Source: Octopus sinensis
Lineage: Eukaryota
Assembly: GCF_006345805.1 (NCBI RefSeq)
Contig: NC_043006.1
Span: 100,378,001 to 100,442,000 of the forward strand
DNA: 64,000 nucleotides
Reading direction: 5' to 3'
Made by a program: the position numbers and the translations under genes
Notes under the pieces: model-generated
Seen by the model: the letters and a program-made list of their open reading frames with translations, nothing else
What the model was told of the DNA's origin: nothing
Databases searched by the model: none
Part shown: piece after piece, positions 1-11,849 of the stretch
How positions within the stretch are numbered: position 1 is the first letter of the stretch
Layout: every line of letters starts with the position of its first letter

Positions 1-93
1 AATAAATTCTCGTGATTTTCAATAAACTAATTGGTCATACACTGTCTTTCAATCCCTTCCTCAAAATATTGTAAATTTTGCTTCCCCACCCTG
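1..93. mobile_element. Probable terminal inverted repeat (one end) of a Tc1/mariner DNA transposon
   Basis: Sequence ends ...TTTTGCTTCCCCACCCTG|TA. The reverse complement TA|CAGGGTGGGGAAGCAAAA is a typical Tc1/mariner TIR start with a TA target. The other end is outside the window. Confidence 0.45.
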
Positions 94-412
94 TATATCT
101 TTGTGTATCTGTATATTAGATTCAGTGAAAGATTTTTTTCACTGGGGATTTTGGGCAATTTGTATCTGCATGTTATATCATCAATTTGATACAACTATCC
201 AATCGTTGCTGTGCTGTCTATTCTTTATTTTCATATTTCACATATAAACACTTATTTTCATTCTTTATTCTACGGCTTTGATTGCGATTTTGTGAAAAAA
301 TTGCAGTTAAAGCCATTTTACGTTACCTGTAAAAAAAAAAGGAGGTCCGAGTGAACGTGCTGCAGCAGCAAAGTGTAATATACGGAAGGTCTCGGAAGTG
401 ACAATGTACGCA

Positions 413-528
413 TGTGCGTATGTATGTATACGCGCACGTATGCATGTGCCCATGTATGTGTGTGCGTACATGTACGCACACACATACATGGGCACATGCA
501 TACGTGCGCGTATACATACATACGCACA
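413..528. repeat. Perfect 116-bp palindrome with no spacer
   Basis: 413-470 is the exact reverse complement of 471-528, checked base by base; centre CA|TG. Confidence 0.95.
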
Positions 529-724
529 ATAGTAAAATAAAAGTTCTGTGATATAGAGATAAATATCTGATAATAGGTTTTAGGGTATAGTTTTGGGAGT
601 GAGGGTCGTAAATCACTTCCTGGCTTCGGCCGGGGAAGTTGAAATTTGATATTATTGTGATGAGTGGTCACTCTACATCTATCCATCACTACAGGTTTAT
701 AGCTTTATGTTTATAGTGTGTATG

Positions 725-878
725 TGCGTGCATATACACACATACATATATACATACAAACATACATACATACATACATGCATACACAGGCGTATGTACG
801 TACATGCATACATACATACATACATACATACATACACAGACGTATGTACGTACATGCATACATACATACATACATACA

Positions 879-909
<31 letters not shown>

Positions 910-950
910 GTGTATGCATACATACACACATACATACGTACATATATATG
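725..950. repeat. (TACA)n microsatellite with an internal duplicated CAG(G/A)CGTATGTACG unit
   Basis: Direct inspection. Confidence 0.9.
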
Positions 951-1173
951 ACGAACTAACTGTTACTTTCTCAGATGCAACACGGATTTTTGTCAGTGAA
1001 CAGGTCGCGGATTTTAGCGACGAAAATATTTTGACAAATTAAACTTGAATGTTGAAGTGAATCGAACGGCTTTTGTGTGTTTCTTAAATGGCTTACAAAC
1101 ACCTTCCACGCTGCAATTGTTTTCGTTTCAGCACACGATCCCAGATCAAATTACTTGCTCTGCGAGTACATCT

Positions 1174-1229
<56 letters not shown>

Positions 1230-1230
<1 letters not shown>

Positions 1231-1389
1231 GGAGTGGCTGTGTGGTAAGTAGCTTGCTAACATACCACATGGTTCCGGGTTCAGTCCTACTGCGTGGCAC
1301 CTTGGGCAAGTGTCTTCTGCTATAGCCCCGGGCCGACCAATGCCTTGTAAGTGGATTTGGTAGACGGAAACTGAAAGAAGCCCGTCGTA

Positions 1390-1461
<72 letters not shown>

Positions 1462-1677
1462 CGTGTATGTTTGTGTGTCTGTGTTTGTCCCCCTCGCATT
1501 GCTTGACAATGCTGGTGTGTTTACGTCCCCGTTACTTTGCGGTCCGGCAAAAGAAGACCGATAGAATAAGTACTGGGCTTACAAAAGAATAAGTCCCGGG
1601 GACGATTTGCTCGATTAAAGGCGGTGCTCCAGCATGGCCGCAGTCAAATGACTGAAACAAGTAAAAGAGTAAATGAG
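1230..1677 (+). mobile_element. tRNA-derived SINE, family A (octopus-type, internal (TA)n(TG)n tract)
   Basis: Head GGAGTGGCTGTGTGGTAAG...GGTTCAGTCC (A/B-box-like), body ...GGCGGTGCTCCAGCATGGCCGCAGTCAAATGACTGAAACAAG and a GTAAAAGA tail; more than 10 copies in this window. Confidence 0.9.
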
Positions 1678-1682
1678 TATAT

Positions 1683-1714
<32 letters not shown>

Positions 1715-1837
1715 ATATATATATATATAGATGTACATGTAATATGTACACATATATATACACATATATACATGCATACCTATATACACCCATACACACA
1801 TACACATAAACCCAGTCCCACACACACACATACATCG

Positions 1838-2150
1838 GTGCAGTTTTGGCTGTGTGGTAACAAGCTTGGTTCCAAAACACATGGTCCTCAGTTCAGTCCC
1901 ACTCTGTGGTAACTTGGCATGTGTCTTCTGCTATAGCCTGAGACTAACCAAAGCCTTGTCAGTAGATTTTGTAGACATAAACTGAAAGAAATCAATTGTA
2001 TGCATATGTACGTATATATGTAAGTCTATTTGTGTTTCTTTGTGTTTCCCCTTCATCACTGCTTCACAACTGGTGTTCGTTTACTTACATCCCCATAACT
2101 TACTGGTTTCACAAGAAGAAACTGATAGAATAAGTACCAGGCTTATCAAA
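1838..2150 (+). mobile_element. Diverged family A SINE
   Basis: Aligns by eye to the head and body of 1230-1677. Confidence 0.75.
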
Positions 2151-2340
2151 ATATAAAAAAGCACTACGCAGTGTCTCATATTTTTGTTTGCCCACTCAGT
2201 TGTATCTATCAATTTATCTTTGTGTGTGTGGGTGTGTGTGTATGTGTGTGTATATATCTATCTATCTATATATATATATATATATGGATTTCGTAGACAG
2301 GAACTGAAACAAATCAATCGTATATATATGTAAGTGTATG

Positions 2341-5023
2341 TGTTTGGGATTGGCAACATGAATGACAATGGTCAGCGACTACTTGAATTTTGCACATACC
2401 ATAACCTGTGCATCACCAACACATTCTTTGCCAACAAGACATCCCACAAGGTATCTTGGAGACATCCAAGATCTCACCACTGGCATCAGCTGGATCTCAT
2501 CATTACACGAAGATCCTTTCTGAATTCTGTTCAACTGACCCGTATTTCCCACAGCGCGGATTGTGACACAGATCATTCACTAATAAGAAACAGTGTAAGG
2601 ATTCTGCCATCACTCCAAGAAGATGGGCCGACCACGCATTAACACTGCCAGAACCTCGGACCCTACACTGCGAAAATGATTTGCTGTTTCTATCAAGGTT
2701 GCCCTCAGTAGCTGCCCAAACTCCTCTGCTGAAAGTAGGTGGAATTATATCAGGGAAGCTTTGTATATAACATCAATAGATACTTTCGGCATGAGAGAAA
2801 GGCAAAACCTAGATTGGTTCAGTGCTCTGATCACAGAGCTGTAAACAGTTATCGAAGCAAAGCGTGCAGCTCTGATGCAATACAAGATTGATTCTTCTAC
2901 AAAGATACTCGAAGAACTCAGAAAGGCAAGAAATAAAACCCAACGACTGCCATACGCTGTACAAATAGGTATTGGCAGGAAATCTGTCAGCGTATCCAGT
3001 TAGCTGCTGACAGTGGCGACACTCGTGGGATGTATGATGGTTTGAAGAAGGCCCTCGGTCCATCCGCAAACAAGTCAGCCCCTCTGAAATCAACTACTGG
3101 AGATCTCACCAAGGACCAAAGCAAGCAAATGGATAGATGGGTGGAGTAATACCAGGATCTCTACTCACGGGAGACCACGGTAGCTGAGGCTGCAATCAAC
3201 GGTGTCAAGATCTTGTCAGTCATGTGTGAACTTGACAGTCTGTCATCTATAGCAGAGCTCACCAAAGCTATTGACTACCTAGCAAGTAACAAGGTTCCGG
3301 GAGAGATCATCAAAACCGGCAAAAACACCATCCTGCTTCGGCACCTTCATGAGCTTCTGTGTCAGTGCTGGGAAGAGGGTACACTCCCTCACGAAATGCG
3401 GGATGCTAACATCATTACGCTTTACTAGAACAAAGGTGACCGCGATCGTAACAATTACCGTGGAATATCTTCTAAGCACTGTTGGAAAGGCCTTTGCTTG
3501 CGTTATCTTGTCCAAGCTACAACTGCTTGCTTCTCGAATTTATCCAGAATCGCAGTGTCGCTTTAGAAGAAGCAGATCAACTATTGACATGATATTCTCC
3601 ATACACCAACTTCAGGAGCAGTCCAGAGAACAGAAAATGCCATTATATATGGCCTTCGTTGATCGGACAAAAGCCTTTGACTTGGTAAGTAGATAAGGCC
3701 TCTTCATTCTGCTCAAACCAATCGGATGTCCATTAAAGCTGCTGAGGATCATCAAATCTTTCCATGATGATATGCAAGGCACCATACAGCCCAATGGTTC
3801 AACATCAGCCGCCTTCCAAATAACAGAGTAAAGCAAGGTTGTGTCCTTGCTCCTACATTATTTGGCATCTTCTTCTCGCTGCTGCTGCCAGATGTATTTG
3901 AGACATCAGATGATGGAGTGTTTCTGCACAGTAGAAGTGACGGGAAACTGTTCAATCTCTCGCGTCTGCGTGCCAAGACCAAAACCAGAAGCGTCCTGAT
4001 CAAGGAGATGCTATTTGTTGATGATTCCACTCTAGTATCACACACAGAAGAAGCCCTACAAAGGCTCATCAACTGTTTTGAGCATGCATGTAGCGACTTT
4101 GGCTTAGTTATCAGCCCCAAGAAAACCAACATCATGGGTCAGGCTACATCGGACATCCCAAACATACATATTGGAGACCACAGAATACAGGAGGTAGAGT
4201 AATTTACCAATCTTGGCTTTACCGTCACCTACAACTTATCCCTTGATGCTGAGCTCAATATATGCATGTGATGGCCCAACTCTCCAAATGGGCATGGGAC
4301 AACAATAAGCTGACCAAGACCACAAAAAGAAGATTTACCAGGCATGTGTACTTAGCACTCTACTATATGGAAGTGAAACTTGGACGCCATACACACGCCA
4401 AGAGCGTCGCCTAAATATCTTTCACCTGCGCTGCCTCCAGAAAATCCTTCGCATCAAATGGCAGAATCATGTCCCCAACAAAGATGTCTTCAAGCAAGCA
4501 GGAATACTAAGGATGTTTGCACTCCTCACACACAGACGTATGAGATGGCTTGGATATGTTAGCCGTATGGAAGATGGCAGAATCCCCGAAGACATACTCT
4601 TCTGAGAGCTTGCTTGGGACACTAGGTATGTCTGTAGGAAGACCGTTCTTACGATACAAGAATGTTTGCAAAAGGGACATGAATGCCTACAACATCAATA
4701 TTATGAACTGCGAAGCAGTTGCCAGCAACCGTGGAGGTTGGCGATGTACCGTAAAAGAGGGAACACAAAAGAGGGAACACAAAGGAGTGACATAGAGAGA
4801 GAGGAGAAATGGAAAGACAAGAAAAGACAAGAAACTATTACATTACAACCAGCCAGGAAAAGTCTTCGCTACATTTGTAGCACCAGCCAGAGGGAGTGTC
4901 TGTGCAGGATAGGACTACACAGCCACAGCAGGTGATGTATTAGGACATGAAATGTAAAAGCCGGACTAGATTATTTTATGCGCAACTCCATTGTCTCCCG
5001 GGACAAAATGGATGCCAACAACA
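2341..5023 (+). mobile_element. 5'-truncated, frameshifted RTE-clade LINE (APE endonuclease C-terminal part + reverse transcriptase)
   Basis: APE motifs GNMNDNGQRLLEFC...TNTFF...SWRHPRSHHWHQLDLII; RT motifs AFVDRTKAFDLVSR, KQGCVLAPTLFGIFFS and LFVDD (LFADD-like); 3' end ...GATGCCAACAACAA. Multiple stops and frameshifts. Flanked by a 44-bp direct repeat. Confidence 0.93.
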
Positions 5024-5989
5024 ATATATATGGATTTCGTAGACAGGAACTGAAACAAATCAATCGTCTATATATGTATATATATATGTAATTGTATGTG
5101 TGTGTCTTTGTCTCTCTGTTTCACCCTCATCACTGATTCACAACTGTTGTTCATTTATTAACATCCACATAACTTACTGGTTTCACATGAAGTGTTGAGT
5201 AAAGTTATTTGATTGCAGACCTCCTTTCAGTCTTGTTATTATCACTCGGTCACACATAGTCCACAGATGGTAACATTGATTTCAAGGCCTTCCCAGATGA
5301 GTGACTGGTTATTCAAAAACATTTATTGATTGTAAATTTATTCTGTCCAGTTACGTATCAGTATAGTGGTCATTTGCAAACTCCAGAGGTGACACTTTCA
5401 TTCTCCTTAGCCCTCACGTCACCCAGTTGTTAATGTTTATTTCAGTTGGGTCACGCCCTTCCAATTGCTATAGATTCGTAATGCATCTTACGGCTGTGCC
5501 TGTCACCTGGATGGTGAGGAAACCTGTATTGGGAGTGGTAACGACAAGTGTAGGGTAACTGATTGCTTATTGTGATCATTCGTCTTTTGGTTTCCTGTAG
5601 CTTTGCTCTCTTTTACAAACCCAGTGAACATATATTTCCTATTTCAAAGAAATTCAAGCAATTGATATAAGACCCAAGTTAAAAAGATTCTTAACAATTC
5701 AACTTCTCTGGTTTAGATTAAGATGCCCAACCCCAAGAGGGGCCTTAACTCTCATATTTTAGAGCTCTATGACCTTAATTTTTCAGGAGCAAAATCTTTT
5801 TAACAGGTTCAATAAGACTTGAATTTTGGAATATGCGCATAAAATCAGTAGTATGGAGTACTTGTGGCATGATTACAATATTTTGGGGTGTGTAAAGAGG
5901 GAAATAACCCTCATCTGCAATTTTGATGAAATTCGAAACATAGATATTCCAGTTCATTAGAGAAAATATAACAGAAAGTCAAATTCTTC

Positions 5990-6029
5990 AATTGTATGTA
6001 ACACGGGCAACGCCGGGTATCTCTGCTAG
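5990..6029 (+). mobile_element. 3' terminus of a non-autonomous Helitron
   Basis: CGGGCAACGCCGGG-TATCTCTG-CTAG|T: GC-rich subterminal motif followed by CTAG and T. It matches the ends at 26499 and 61094. Confidence 0.65.
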
Positions 6030-6070
6030 TATATATATATATACTATATATATATATATATATATAATAT

Positions 6071-6118
<48 letters not shown>

Positions 6119-6198
6119 GAGAGTTTACGAAAAAACAAAAGACGAAGACAAGTGGTGTACAAAACAAACAGATGTATAACGCTCTGGAATAGAAAAAG

Positions 6199-6236
6199 TA
6201 TTTTACGTTTCGAGCCTACGCTCTTCTACAGAAAGG
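6199..6236 (-). ncRNA. Degenerate minimal type I hammerhead ribozyme relic
   Basis: Minus strand CTTT-CTGTAGA-A-GAGC(GTAG)GCTC-GAAA-CG-TA-AAAT. Core A6 is changed to U; helix III is the palindromic ACGT. Confidence 0.45.
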
Positions 6237-6549
6237 GACACAGAAAAAACAAGGAGAGAAACAAGGAGACAAAAATGTGTGTAGTGGCTAACGATCAATT
6301 GTTTGTGTATGTGTATGTATTTGTGCATATAGGTAGACATGGAGAGACTGTTAGAAATACAATAAAATGTATTTCTGTTAATCTTTGCTTGAGTTGTTGG
6401 CTGTAGGTTTCAATTTTAATGGTGCAGCTGACAGTGCCCTAAATTTTCAATTGAAACAACTTCTGTTGATGTTTCCTGGGAAAGAATCTTTTGCTGCTTC
6501 ACATGAGTGAGATTTAAAATGCCTCCATTTTGTAAGCAGAATTGTGGAA

Positions 6550-6980
6550 TTAACTACCAGTTGCGTACAGAGTCGAATTAATCGACTGGCCCCTCCCCCA
6601 AAATGTCGGGCCTTGTGCCTAGAGTAGAAAAGAATAATAAGCAAGTATAAGACGGCGAGCTGGTGGAAGCGTTAGCACGCCGGACGAAATGCTTAGCGGT
6701 ATTTCATCTGCCGCTACGTTCTGAGTTCAAATTCCGCCGAGGTAGACTTTGCCTTTCATCCTTTCGGGGTCGATTAAATAAGTACCAGTTACGCATTGGG
6801 GTCGATGTAATCGGCTTAATCCGTTCGTCTGTCCTTGTTTGTCCTCTCTGGGTAGTAAAGAAATAGGTATTACGTTCTGAGTTCAAATTCCACCGAGGTC
6901 GACTTTGCCTTTTCTCATTTCGGGGTCGATAAATTAAGTACCAGTTGCGTACTGGGGTCGATCTAATCGACTGGCCCGCA
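6550..6980 (+). mobile_element. Family B SINE cluster with tandem partial repeat
   Basis: Head GGCGAGCTGGTGGAAGCGTTAG, core GACTTTGCCTTTCATCCTTTCGGGGTCGAT...AAGTACCAG; a second unit starts at 6866. Confidence 0.85.
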
Positions 6981-7951
6981 ATAGTGCAGCTCAAAACAAC
7001 ACCTATCTTTTCAGATAGCAAATGCTCTACACAATGAATATCTAATGAAACAATAACTCACAAAACACATATTATGCACAATCAACGCATTGGAATAAAA
7101 CGGTACACACAGCTATATAATCAACACCCGATTCTACACAACTACATCCTGTATGTGTTATAAACACATCGAATTTTATGATATCTGTGGAACACGGAAG
7201 CACATAACAACAAACCACCAGCACATATCAATAATATTGAGCATCCAAAAGAAACACAACACAGCGCATATTATACTTTATGCACAAGACAAAATTACAC
7301 AACATCATCAGAAACTTGTGAAGACGCATAGTAAAGTAAAACTCCTTGAGTATACAAATGTGTCCCAGATCCTGCAAGTCACAGTCCTGTAAACCTCTCT
7401 GTAACAGCAATATGCGTTTAGTGAGACCGTACATACTTTAGAAGGTGATGATAATGATGATTATGATGTCATGACGATGATGATGATGGTCATTATGATT
7501 ATAATCTATAATATTTGAAGTGGTAAATTATATAATTCGTGCCGTATAGAAGAAGTTAAAACATATGGGATATATACATGCATGTATGCACACATAAGTA
7601 TGAATGCAATCATGCATCTGCACCTACACACAGGTGTAAGGTTTGTGTCGAAGTTTGGTGGTGGTGGTTTTGGTGGTTGATTAAAATATATTCAAATCAA
7701 CCACTACCATATTTTAAAATATGTCAAAATGCGACGCGTAGTTAAATACAAATGAGAGCAAAACATTCACTAAGAGTTGAGTTGCTACTATCGGAATAGG
7801 ATCGGCAAAGGCCACGATTTCGACACTGCCCTGTAAACATAGTTTCTGAAATTGACAATGAGCTTTTTAGGTCCAACGTGTACGATTCATTATTTGTTGA
7901 TTGAGCACCTACGCCACCTATCCTCTAACAGCATCAGGTACATCACTATTC

Positions 7952-8254
7952 TCAGTATCTATTCTTGTTTTTTAATGTCAATATTAAATCGATAAGACTA
8001 AGGTTCCGTCTTCGGATTTTTACCATAAGTTTTAGACACTGTGTGGGAAGATCTCCATCTATGCTGAAAGTTAATAAAGTAGTATTGTTTGCATATCTAA
8101 GGTTATTGATATTCTTATATCCTATTGATGTTCTCGGCATCATTTCTACTTCTCTGATCTTAGTGTTTAGGTTAAACAGACTGGAAAATGTTATGCAGTC
8201 TTGACTGACATTTTGCTTAAGTTCTGAGGGTTTTCCACATTCACTTTTTATCAC
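7952..8254 (-). mobile_element. Old RTE/LINE reverse-transcriptase fragment
   Basis: KQNVSQDCITFSSLFNL (GVRQGCxLSPxLFN-like) and NINNLRYANNTTLL (NNLRYADDTxL-like). Confidence 0.75.
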
Positions 8255-8301
8255 TAATGTTTACTTCCAGATCATTTTAGTTGTTAATTGTAGTTCTCAA
8301 A

Positions 8302-8762
8302 GCGGCGAGATGGCAGAATTGTTAGCTCTCCGGAGAGAATGCTTTGCGGTATTTCACCCGCCTTAACGTTCGACGGTCGAATTTCATCAAGTTCAGTTTT
8401 GCCTATCATCTTTTCGGGGTCTAAAAAATAAGTATTATTTGAACACTGGGGTCGATGCAATCGACTAACTTCCTAGCACAACATTTTAGAACTTGTGCCT
8501 AGACTAGAAGGTCTAATTTTGGATTTCAGAAGGTGACACACTTGTACAACCAGTAGCATGCCGGGCAAAATGCGTAGCCATATTTCGTCTGCCGCTACGT
8601 TCTGAGTTCAAATTCCGCCGAGGTCGACTTTGCCTTTCATCCTTTCGGGGTCGATAAATTAAGTACCAGTTACGCAATGGGGTCGATGTAATCGACTTAA
8701 TCCCTTTGTCTGTCCTTGTTTGTCCCCTCTGTGTTTAGTCCCTTGTGGGTAGTAAAGAAATG
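8302..8762 (+). mobile_element. Two adjacent family B SINE copies (about 8302-8515 and 8551-8762)
   Basis: Same head and core as 6653-6865. Confidence 0.85.
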
Positions 8763-8873
8763 TATTTTAATTCGCTCAGCTTCCACCTGATGTGGCAGCT
8801 GTTATTTATAAATGAAATGTCAAGCGTAGTTACACCTACTGTCTTATTTCTAACGTAAGTTTCGTTTTTAATA

Positions 8874-10800
8874 TTAGCCTGACACTTCTGCTGCACGAAT
8901 ACTTATTGTCTTTATTTGTGTGTGTTGTACTTTATCAGTTTCTACTCCTCCAAAACATTTATACAGTTGGGTTGGACCTAATTCTCTGATTTCCACATTT
9001 GATATTTTCACTTCAGTTAATTTGCCTTTCTTGTAATGGTTTTGGCAATTGTGAATAATACCAAACACGTTCATATTTTGACTGAATTTAAAGATAAATC
9101 TTAGCAGCCTTTCCATCGATATATTATTTCATACAATCATTCTATAGAAAGTTTTTAGTTCGTTCATAATATCTGAGTCCATAGTAAGTTTGGTGAACAG
9201 TTTTGTAGAAGAGTTAGTATTAGAGAAAAAATCAGGGGGATAAAGAATACCCTTGTAAGTGTCCTCTTCTTTTATACCACTTCTTTGCTTTGAGGAGACA
9301 TTGTTATTTATTGTTATTTCATGATTGATGCTTTATCTTAGTGTTATAGTGTCTTGACTTATGTAGAGCCTTTCTTATACTTAGTAATATGGAATAATCT
9401 CAAACATCATTCAGTATTTTGCTTGCCACTTTCTGTTTGCTATCTTCTGTTAACTATCTTTTATTGCCTTGGAAAGAATAGCTGCTCCATTCACCAGTAA
9501 TTGATGTCTGCAACCATACATTACTCTCCGCTTGTCTCTCTGTTTCAAGTAATATGTTATTGTTCGGTAGATGTTGGTCCAGTTTGTTGCATTGTGTGGA
9601 TGTAAGAGATACATATGCCATTGACTAGCATGTTGTTATTTAAACTGTTTGTTGGTGTATGGTGTTTCTGCTTTTAGGCGTCTGTGTACATTTTCCTTCC
9701 TTTTTTTATGCATCATTGATCCTGGTTCAGCTTATCTCTTCATTAATTTCTATTTCTATATATATTTCTTTATTGCCCACAAGCGGCTAAACATAGAGGG
9801 GACAAACAAAAAGACAGACTAAGGGATTAAGTCGATTACATCGACCTCAGTGCGTAACTGGTACTTAATTTATCGACTCCGAAAGGATGAAAGGCAAAGT
9901 CGACCTCGGCGGAATTTGAACTCAGTACGTAACGGCAGACTAAATACGGCTACTCATTTCGCCCGGTGTGCTAACGATCCTGCCTGCTCGCCGCCTTTTC
10001 TATTTCTATATAGCCATGTGTACTGGTCTGATGCTTCAACCAGGAATTAAGTATATTGTGAGACCCCGATGCTTTTCATTTGTTTGTAGTTAACAATTTT
10101 TAAATGAGTTTCTGGCAAGTTATTGTTTTCGCTTCCCTCCTGATCTATTGTGCTGATTCTTTTTACCATATATTCCCTCCCAGTATGTACAATTTTTCTT
10201 TGGCTCTGGTATGTCTGTTGACTATATGCGTCTTTTATGTCTCTGCAGAATCTTTTGATATTTGATCGAAATACTTTATTCTCCTCAAATAAACGACGAC
10301 ATTTTCCAAAGTCATACTGCTATTTCTTTTTGTTCTACGCTGTCTTCTTTTCTATTGATCTGAGCTTGTAGCTTATTTTTATTTAGAGCCTTTTCCTTTC
10401 ATTTATGCTGGGACCCTTTTTATCTAGTAAGGATAGGTATATCCTTTTTTTTCTTTTCTCAATGTTATCGATTATCTGTTCTTTCATTTTGAGAGGTTAT
10501 CCTTCTTAGAATCAAGCTGGATTCCCTCGATACTACCACAGCTGTTAAATAGATCGGATTATTCAGACTGTCCATGTTCCTGTCAGTTTGTAACCTTGAA
10601 TAGAGTTTTTTTCCTTTTTCTTATTTGTTTATTCTTTCATAAAGCTGTTTACAGGATTCTAGTTTGAGAGGTGTTGACGTTGATCCTTGTTCATTGATTT
10701 ATCGATGCTATTTTCTTTATTCTCGTTAGTGTTTCTATTTGATCACCCTCAATATTTACTCTGGTTGAACTGTTTTGCTGTGTGAATGTATCATTATTAA
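8874..10800 (-). mobile_element. Decayed R4/Dong-type (RLE) non-LTR retrotransposon, RT region
   Basis: Minus-strand remnants in the expected order: LFEENKVFRSNIKRF, YWEGIYGKKNQHN, GCRHQLLVN, RGHLQGYSLSPLIF, IMNELKTFY (YMDDLKLY-like), LLRFIFKFSQNMNVFG...LYKCFGG. Interrupted by a SINE. Confidence 0.7.
9763..9995 (-). mobile_element. Family B SINE with 16-bp TSD, nested in the R4/Dong fragment
   Basis: TTTCTATTTCTATATA at 9747-9762 and 9997-10012. Confidence 0.9.
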
Positions 10801-10879
10801 CGTTGTTGTTGTTGCTGTAGTGTAGAAGTCGTTATAAGCAACTTTAATCAGTACTGTCTTTTCTTGATGTTGTGTGACA

Positions 10880-11615
10880 AATGTCTTCATATCTCTCGAA
10901 TAGCGGTTTGCGTTGGACAAAACACATTGCTAAAATTGCCAAGAAAGCTGAGGGTGTCTTGGCATCACTCACCAAGTGCTGTGTGAGCCGCTTTCCGGCT
11001 ATCTATCTGCGGCTTTATATAGCAATGGTGCCACCTTACCTGGAATTTGCATCACCGGTCTGGAACTCCTATCTTGCCCTAAGATATTAATCGTCTGGAA
11101 ACCGTTCAGCGCCGTGCAACTAAGAGAATACCCTCCATCAGGCATTTGCCATATTCTGAACGCCTTACTTCCCTGGGCATGAATACATTGAAACTCTGAC
11201 GTCTGGCAGCTGACTTGGCAGACACCCATAAAATTATTAACCATCTTACCAACAATAACTCTGAGCACCTTTTCAAACTCCACCTGTCTAACACTCGTGG
11301 ATATGTCTACAATGTCAGAAAACAGCACAGCTCCCATGAATTTCGGAAACATTTTTTTCACGCTGAGAGTTGCTGAAGTATGAAACAAACTGCCGACATC
11401 AGTTGTTAGTTGTCGGAGCACTGTATCCTTCAAAACTTCCATGCTTCCTGAGATTCACCAACACTACACCTGATTTTCTCCCCTCCATACACACGCAAGC
11501 CTATATCTGACTCATACACTGTTCACTTTCCAGACATTTGTACATTACTGCATATTCTTTATACGCACTTTCTAACAAGTTGTGGTGCACCTGAGCACAG
11601 TATAATACAATAATT

Positions 11616-11684
<69 letters not shown>
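10880..11684 (+). mobile_element. CR1/L2-like LINE 3' fragment with (ATT)n tail
   Basis: WTKHIAKIAKKA...LYIAMVPPYLEFASPVWN, then NRLETVQRRATKRIP in a shifted frame; 3' UTR followed by (ATT)n at about 11618-11684. Confidence 0.8.
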
Positions 11685-11688
<4 letters not shown>

Positions 11689-11849
11689 ATATATGATGGT
11701 GCATTTATGTAAGTCCACATTATGTGTTACAATTTCAGTACCTTTCACTCTTATAGTTAGAGCATATTTATGATTGCAAGAATTACTACATGAACAATTT
11801 TCGGTGTTTGTTTAATAGTTATTCAGTCCATCTTACTGGACCCTGATAT

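Larger units (their letters stand above)
331..1020 (-). mobile_element. Putative non-autonomous microsatellite-containing element (Helentron/HINE-like)
   Basis: Poly-A/T end at 331-340, AGTGAAC repeated near both ends (350-356, 995-1001), a GC stem-loop with TTCG loop at 615-639 and an internal (TACA)n tract. The architecture resembles HINE/DINE-1-type elements; the family call is inference. Confidence 0.35.
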
